NCBI GenBank assembly: GCA_002633005.1
Contig: NMRA01000286.1
Location: 216,175 to 280,174, forward strand
Reading direction: 5' to 3'
Origin: Phoronis australis
Taxonomy: Eukaryota; Animalia; Phoronida
Length of the DNA: 64,000 nt
Every line of letters begins with the position of its first letter. Position 1 is the stretch's first letter. Positions 55,489-64,000 of the stretch are shown here, one piece after another. The notes under the pieces were generated by a model. That model saw only the letters and a list, made by a program, of their open reading frames with translations. It had not been told where the DNA came from and did not search any database. The position numbers and the translations under genes are program-made.

Positions 55489-58400
55489 AAGTAAGACATG
55501 AAATTCACCCAGCTACAAAGGTAGAGAGTCCGCCTTGAGGCTTTGCCAAGGCAATCTACCCACATCTGTTCACAGAAACATGCGAATAAACATGTAACAT
55601 TTGTATCCCGTATACCATAGCCACTAGGAGAGAGCAAAGTGATAATAAAAAACAAGTTTACAAATTGCATTTTAATGGCAAAAAATAGGCTGCAGCAAAA
55701 GTGCATTCAGCTTAATTTGTAAAACACCTGACAACTTGACCGAATCACTAAATCAAACATGTATTATTGTGAACACAGGTAACTCAAAGGTTATACTTAG
55801 TCTCTTCATCACAACTCAAAAATTGGGTCGGACTTGAGCACAAACTGAGGAGCAAAATGACCCTGGTTTTACTAATTTTACTTGAAGGCTTTGGAACAAG
55901 AAGTACAGAAATACTTGTAAGTACCCGGTAGTTGTTTAAGAGAGTTTTAAAATTGAGGATCTAATCCTGAAATCTCGCAAAATCAACACACACATCAACA
56001 TTGAAAAAGATGAATACATCAAGTGTTTTAATTTAAAATTTGTAAGTAGGGTACCTGAAAAATGAAAGTAAAACAACAGTGAAATTCCAAGTGTCAGTGG
56101 GTTGTTCTATTTCTGCATGTCAAATGATCGTGGTTGGGAAGTACTCAACAGATTTTCCTAGACCAATGCAACACCTGTGGGCCTCTTTGGCACTGCGCCA
56201 AAGGCTCTTGGAAGGTAAAAGAGAGTGGTAGAACAGGTATCGTAAAAATCAATGAATTCTCAATGAAGTGCAATAAAACAGAAACAATCTGTCCATGGTT
56301 CTGCCATTAAAAACATTATAAACAGTGGCTGTAAAACTGACGTCACTTGATGTTGCTTACAGATGAGACCGCCAGCACCAGAAGAGTACAGCAGTCAAAT
56401 GGGGTCTGTACTTTCAGGATTACTCTTATCATTTATAGAAGGTAACTTAATACCAAATTCATGATGTTGAAATACTGTCAAGAACTATTTAAACTGGAAA
56501 CCCCCACGATTTTCGGATAACATCCAAGCCCAGGGCCAAAGCCCCTGACACAGAATTAAGAGATTTTCAAAGGGTCAACAATACCCACACAAACATTACA
56601 TAATGAATTTCTATGCAGGTGAAATCCACCACTATAAGGCTGGATTTTACATCACAAAGGTCAAGTAGGATGCCTGTGAAATTAAGAGATTGCAGGTCTT
56701 TTTATTAAATGCTGTAAGGCAACTCCACTGCATTCAAAAGGTTTTATGTCAATAAGCAAGTGATATTCACCAGGTGGCGCTAATGAATAAAGGCCCGTTT
56801 TTAAACATCTGAAAAAATCGAGAGCAAAATGCAGATCAACACCAAGGGTTTATTTGAGGGCTCAAGGATCTGCATGCATTTATACAGGTAGAACTGTCAT
56901 CCCACCAGCACAATAACAAGAATTTCAAGTGCCCGTGGCTCATGTGGTGTTAAATTGACAACCAAATGGTAGAAACACACTGGAGTTATTTGACTCATCC
57001 GAGCATAAGCATAGAAAAGGTAGGCGCGAACAATAGCGACTTAAAAATTGCATTCTAAATGAAAGGTTTGTATCAGCTTAGGTAAATTGTTCTGGTCAAG
57101 CAAGCCTGATCATTACAGATGTCAAAAGCACCTGTTCCCATCTGATTGAGAGCTAATCTGGAACCAGGGTTTATATCGTAAATCCGACATCTATGATTAT
57201 CTATCCATAACAATTGCAGTGTTTTGGGATTTTTGGATACTGGAAGAGGCCTAAGATATTGCGAGAACTCACAAATTATGCTATAGTGTACTCACTGACT
57301 AAAATACCATGAACACAAAATGCTGAACTGTCCACAAATTAATTAATCCCCAGAGCCAACTTCTAAGAGCTTCTCATATTTTTCATCCATACGCAATCTA
57401 AAGAATACGAATTCTTGATCATGGTTTCAGTACTTCCACTTGTAAAATCAACACAAATCGAGGAGTTTTGCACTAATATTGTCCCACCTACACAGATGTA
57501 CGGGTGCTTTTGATGTGCATTTCCATTGTTTTTCAATAAAACAACAAACTAAGTTGAGAACGATCCGTATGCTTCCTTTCCAGTTCAAGTTGTTTCACAT
57601 AACAAAAGTATGGCATGAGAGATAGAAAGGCCTTTCAAGACTACATTAATATTTATGCCAACTTCCAAATGAGAGCTTCAGATATATGGCTACGGTAAAA
57701 TCTCACCAGTTTCGGACAAAAATAATTGCATGAATTACCCTTTTCCTGTAACATGGTTGATACTACCCACATTTTTTTCCAAAATAAATCCTGATTGTAG
57801 TAGCCATGGTACAGAAAGTGAAAATAGTAAAGCATTAATTTGATGTTATATATCTTGTATTAAATTAAGAGCAGCGGCGGAACATTGAAATGCACCAAAG
57901 GCTGCACTGCAAATGAAAGGCTTCTTTGTTTTTAAGAATCATAAAAATGTCCATTAGATAGAGCAGAATACGAAGGACCTGCCCGAAAATGGAAAGGCTT
58001 CGTCATTTTCCGAATAGAAAACTATTTCATGACAATCCGTCACATAACTCCAAAGAAGTGAACGCGAAAAACCAAAATTGCACTTGAAAGGCAAAGCGGT
58101 AGTCTGATCCATCCATCTGATATCCAGTAACAGGAATATGCTAGCCAAACTTGCACAACACCTTGCAAGGGGTTTAGGAGTTACAGCCCCAGATACAAAA
58201 AAGTCACTAGGGGACGCAACAGTAGTTGGACTCATATGAAAATCCACGACAATCGTGATTTTCAGTAGAAACATATCAGCCAATTTTCATAATCATAATC
58301 TGAGGTTTAGCATCCAAAGAGGCAGACAACTCAAAAGTAATATGGCCACAGGCAGCGGAGAAAATGTTGATTCCATCCCAAAATTAGAAGGTGCTGTCCT

Positions 58401-59723
58401 CTTCATAATAGGAACCTGTATGCCAAATGTCACGAAAAACCAACAGATACAGAAGAAAACTTAAAAACTAAAATTGCCACAAGAGGGCACAGTGGTAGTC
58501 AGGGGTTGTCCAAAGTTGTGGGCAGTCATTGATTCATTTATAAGGTAACAACTGCAAAATCTCACAAAGATCCTGCAAATGATTAAGAGATACAGCCGTG
58601 AATGAAAAAAAAATCACCACACGCAGGCAAGAGGCGTCCAAAAATCAATGTCACCCATAGTCTTCGCATCAGGAGCACAGTTGCTAGGTTTTGAAAATGA
58701 TCCTTTGAGCGGTTTGATAGTTAAAGAAACGGGTGCCAACAAAGGAGTCGCAAAAAGAAAATATAGCCTCTATGTGGCGCAAAAACATATCGAATCCATT
58801 CCAAAGGAACAGCATCATCATTTCCCTAATAAAAACCTTTTTGTGAAATTTCATGAAAATCCGAAGGTAAAGAGGCAAACGTATACACACAAAAATTACA
58901 TCTAGGAAGTACAGCTGTAGTTGCATTGGTCTGAAACTCATCATCAGCCGTTGTCAGCTCATACGACATACGCCAAATTCCACAAAGTCCCTGCTGAGGG
59001 TTTCGGAGATATAGTCGCAAGCAAAAGAGGACAAAAATTGCCACTACGGGACGCCGTCGCCGAAGTGGACAAACCCCTTCAAAAATCAAAATCAGCCTGG
59101 TCTTCTCATCAGAAACACATCCACAAATGTTCACAATTCTTCAAGGTCATCTGTTGACAGCTTCATAGGACCACATCTGCTAAATCTCATTTAGATCTAG
59201 CAAGGGGTTTAGAAGATACACCAGCTGATGCCCTGAGATGATGGCAACAAGCACCCACACATAAATATGTGGGCGCATAAATTTATGAAATAAAATTTCA
59301 CTTGTCCACCATAGTTTGTGCTGAATTGGTGATATTTGACTGCCTACGTGTATGAATTTGTGGAAAAACTACACTCATGATATCTGAAAGACTTAATCAT
59401 ATTTTGCACTCTGTAAACAATAAAAGATGAAGTAATTAACTCTCTGATTCACATGTGTTGCAATGAATGACCCCATGTGGCAGCTAACAAAAAACCCTTG
59501 GGTTTAAATCAAAATCAAGATCTGTGTAAAATATTGAGCATTAAATTTCCTATTCCATCCCTGCTTTATATTAGTCTTGAAAGCTTTGAGTAACAAGATC
59601 AGGCTGAACACTGACCCATTAGCAGGTTGCATAACACAGTTCAGTGTAATATTCACACAATCTGTTTCCTTGATGAATATCTTATGTTGAGCACTGAGAC
59701 AGGTTGAAAGCCTGGCCATCTTA

Positions 59724-60241
59724 AGGCCCTTTCATACTTACTTAACTCTGGTATGGGCAGAGTGTCATGTAAACTGCGAAGTTAATTGAATCGTTCACAC
59801 CAGCTTCCGTAGTTAACAGAAATTAACAGCATATAACGGGAAGTGACGCTGTCTTCATTGAAGTAATCGTAAGGTAGTACTGATGCATCCCATGCGAGCT
59901 AAAATTTTTTTATGTGACAATTTGGAAACATTAATGTGTGCTAATTGACATAACACTTATTTCTTAGTCGATTGGTGATTATTCAAGCAAAATATAAGCA
60001 ACTATTAGCGATGACACTGCCCTTTAATTCTTGATGATATCAGTGGGGTCTGGTGATAACTTTGATGAGAAATGAGTTGGCCGCTCATACTGTGCCACAG
60101 CGTCACCACTATGCTGTTAAATCCACATGGTTACAGTTAAGTGGCACTGTTAACTTCGTTCCAGGACCGAAGTTAACCGTTCATACTGATGGCTACAGCT
60201 CCCCAAAACATTGACGTGTCAAGGTTAGTATGTAAGGACCT
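59724..60241 (+). mobile_element. MITE family A copy (longest)
   Basis: AGGCCCTTTCATACT ... AGTATGTAAGGACCT. Collinear with the other copies. Confidence 0.88.
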
Positions 60242-60324
60242 TATATTTGGAATCAAAACTTCACATACCATAGTTGCAGGTGACTCAATGCACCCATGCA
60301 AAGATTCTATTGAAAGCCAACTGT

Positions 60325-60669
60325 TACCCTGTTCACACCCAAGTGGTTATAACTTTTTAACCAATATAAAGGTTATAACTCTTGGTTCAAAAACCAACGG
60401 GTTTTAAAAGTTGTAACTGCATAACCCTCTACGAAAGTAGTTTAGGAAGAGCTTAAAACAGCAGGAGCTGCAGTGTGAACACTGCAATTGCAAAAGTTAC
60501 AACTCAGTAGGTGGCGCTGCTTGTTAAAAAAATGGCACACCAGGCACCAACTGGGATGAATGGGAAAGCACATGACAAGATTACAATCACTTTTAAGAAG
60601 AGTAACGATTACATAGCAGTTACAACTACAGAAAATGTTACAACTGGGTTTAGTTGATGTGAACATGTA
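60325..60669. mobile_element. Harbinger-like MITE with GTTAYAACT internal repeats
   Basis: Ends CCCTGTTCACAC / TGTGAACATG, an internal GTGTGAACA, and six GTTA(T/C)AACT or AGTTGTAAC motifs. Confidence 0.6.
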
Positions 60670-63600
60670 GCTTATGACAAAGTGTGAATTTCTTTATCGC
60701 GTCCATGTAGCGAGTCCAATGCAGATAACTGATACTCCATGACAGAGATCCCAAAAACAGACTAAAAACACTATAAAGTATATGGGCTATATTTACGACT
60801 TTGACAAAGATTTTCATAGCAATTAAGTTGAATTCCGCATTCACTTCCACAATGAAACTCAGAATACAAGACCTATCGCTTGCAATTTGAACTAATTCTT
60901 TTAAGACTAATAAATTCTTCCTGGCAAAGGTTTAGCTTAAAACCAGGCACATCAAAGACTTATTAATCATCTGCACTTTCATGTTGACATGACTCACATT
61001 TACCACCTTAAAAATTACAGAATTTGAAAACTGAACCAATCGCAGATCAAAGTTGTGATGACACCAGTACTTAATGTCTCTTAGCTGAATACAACCCTAT
61101 ACATGCCATAAACCTAGTGTCCCTTATCAGATCAATAGGATCCACTCCAGAGACAACAGTACACAGTAACAGAACCAGAAGTCCTGAACACAATCAATAT
61201 TAAGCCTTGGAGGTGCTTGATGTCTTAAGACAACTGCTTGGTGGGCCCAACGCAAACAGTTTGTGTTGGGCATGATCCCTAGGTTGACACAACCCTAGCC
61301 ACTGTGTATAAATGTCAACAAGGAGGCAATAGACAATCGATAAATGTCGGATTGTGATAGCTCTATTAAGCACAGGAGTGAAAGGCTACGCTTTACAATA
61401 ACCAATAGAGCTGGTCAAAGTTTCTTTACACCTCTACTCCAATGATCAATTAATCGACTTCGGGCGACGTGACGTAATATATTACGAGTAGAAACTGGTG
61501 GCTACTAGATAGTGATAATGCAATGTGTACATTTCATTCGTGGATGACTCTACGTTGGCTTCTAGTCATATTTGATAAGATGCATTAACAAATTACAGCG
61601 TATAGCTGTGATGAGACCAGGCATGCGGACTAAGGCTTCACACTACATCATAATTTCTATCAATACAGGACATGAGAGCTTCTCATAATGGATTGACTGG
61701 AAAACACCTGGTCTGACACACCAGAAGCATAGTGGAAGCACACAGCGACAATAAAACATCTATTTGTGTCAATATTTAATGAAGGTCAGTACAGGGCTGA
61801 GTAACAATTGTAAAGATAGAAGACTTGATCATAAGTAAAATGTGAAACTACAGCAGTTCAATTGCAAATTTTTGGGATTAGAAGACATTATAACAGTATT
61901 GCATAGTCATCGCAATAGAAATAAAACTGCTCTAGAGAGCCACAGCTGGCAAAATTAAATGCAAAATGATGATGATTACCAAAAGGCTTAAGAAACATAG
62001 CCTTGTACAGTAGGTGTAACAAAAGTGCAGTGAGAAATCACTCAAAAACTAAACAGTCACCAGTAAATCTCAAATAACTGGAAAACCCATGAGTCACAGA
62101 GACAAGATAGTGAAGAACGATCAGTCAACAAAAGAACAGTCGCCAAGAAAAATTGACACAACTCAACAAGTCATTGCTATAAGTCATAATATAGAATGGC
62201 TAACACTCCAGATAGTCGTTGATGGGATCGACTGCAACCAAATTAAAAAAATCTGCCATAGGAAGCCTGAGCTAAGGCTAGTAAATAGAAAAGTTTAAAA
62301 AATTTAAAAAATGACCACCACAAAACCACCTTGCAAACCATATTAACCAAAATCAAGCTCTTGATGAAATACACAATTTTTTAAATTTTTTTGTTTAAAA
62401 TCAAACAAAGATGCGGCCTACAATAGGAGTCAGTGAGTAAAAAGACACCAGAAAATTCAAAATAACTCAAAAATGGTTAAGCCTTATCAGAAAGGCATGA
62501 CAAACTCCAGATAGCTATTGACAAGATCTAAACATATATCAAGTTTCAAAAGAATCCCTCAAAGGACCTTGGAGTTAGAGCTACGTCACAGCGCCATCTT
62601 GAGTCCAATTCTACCCAAAAACAACAGGCCTCTAGCTTTTAACAAGATGAGTGTAGGTTTCATGTCAATCACAGGAGAAATGACAATTGCAGCATAACAG
62701 AGCAACATACTTGGCATCGTTTTCGCCAAATTATAATAATCACTAAGGTTCAAGTACCAAATTTCCGAATAATGCGATAAATGCAGCTCATCACATGTGA
62801 AGTCAGGTAAGAGTTCAACTCAAGTGTTGCAGTAACAACAACTAAGGCCAAAACACGAGAAAATGAGTTTCAAACAGTCCAAGACAGCCATCAGAAGCAG
62901 GTGACACGTGAGCTCTGCACGACAAATAGGTAAAAAGAGCCACAACTCGAAATGGACGTAATCCAGACCGAGCTCCTAATAAAATTTTCAACTTTAAGTT
63001 AGGCATTTTAGCAGATGCAATGAAGTGCGCTTCCGTATTCATCCACACAAAAACACTCCCAATGCACTTAAAACTGAGAAACTTAAAACTCATTGGCTGG
63101 GCATTAAGTGTAACAAAGGATTTTTGTAGTGACAGGGAGGGGCACTTTCAAGTAGAATTTCATTTTGATGACAGATTTGAAAACAAGAAGCATTGAACAA
63201 CAACGTTCAAATGGTGTCACCTAATCTCAATTGAAGAAAATGAACACACCTATATTCACATCATACAGCATTTTGCATTTGCTGTAACTGTTAAGTTAGA
63301 GACTCACTATTCGAGTTCAAGCATTATCACACAAAAAGTATTGGTCACGAACACTGAAAAGTGCAATAGTGCATATTTATCTTCTACATCTCATGAAGTT
63401 AAAAAATACGATAATGAATCAAGGCCATATGAATAAAAGATGATGTTAAACATGCAGAAATTTATCTGTTCAAATAAACCAATCAGCTGGGTATGCTGTG
63501 TTTCACACACCTCGACGATACAATTCTAGGAAGCAGTGCTGGTTCCTTGTTCTTTACATTTGCACAGTGGCGGGATTATACTGACAGGTGTGGGCAGATA

Positions 63601-64000
63601 AAAATACACGCACTTTGAAAACTGCAAACAGTAACGGCAATAAAACACTCAGGATATCACGGAATATACAATGTGTGGAGGTGGGTACTGTTGGAGATAA
63701 AAGAAATACAAAAAATGCGATACAGCCTCTTTGATCTGGGATACATATGAACCAAATAAAAGGTGAAACTTTGCACATTTTTTTAAGCCCATTTTGTTAC
63801 TGACCAAATGTTTTAGTTTCTAAGAATAAATATTCGAACAAGACATCTCGAGTAATTATTAAGCTTCCAAAAATAACTGATTTTTAACTGCAAACAGAAG
63901 AAAAGAAAGTAAATTAAAGAAAATTTTACTAGACGAATTTTAAAGTTAATATTTTCAAAATACTTTTTCATTGCGAGCTTGATGATGCAAAAGTCGACAA

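Noticed and set aside
58914-58930. miR-33-like sequence (TGTAGTTGCATTG)
   Set aside because: Partial match lacking the seed region, and no precursor hairpin.
182-63778. Six-frame ORFs of 60-140 aa as protein-coding genes
   Set aside because: They are short, many start at non-ATG codons, and their composition looks random. The only recognisable peptides are broken transposon remnants.

Overview
Eukaryotic, most likely animal, AT-rich non-coding DNA. No intact protein-coding gene, rRNA, true tRNA or CRISPR array is recognisable. The listed ORFs are short, and none appears to be a functional gene. The window is a mosaic of old transposable elements. It has at least seven copies of one ~0.4-0.5 kb Harbinger-like MITE, several other MITEs (Harbinger-, Mutator-, Tc2- and Kolobok-like ends), decayed LINE 3' ends (CR1/L2, RTE) and tRNA-headed SINEs. 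It also has a THAP-domain fragment, a probable DIRS-type relic, and a 5'-truncated Penelope-like retroelement flanked by inverted repeats that carry degenerate minimal-hammerhead motifs. Short tandem repeats lie between these, along with unique stretches rich in homeodomain, CRE and CTCF-like motifs. The apparent A/C skew of the + strand and one well-formed minus-strand exon candidate suggest a large intron of a minus-strand gene (inference). I found no convincing novel biological system. All family assignments come from reading motifs by eye and were not checked against databases.
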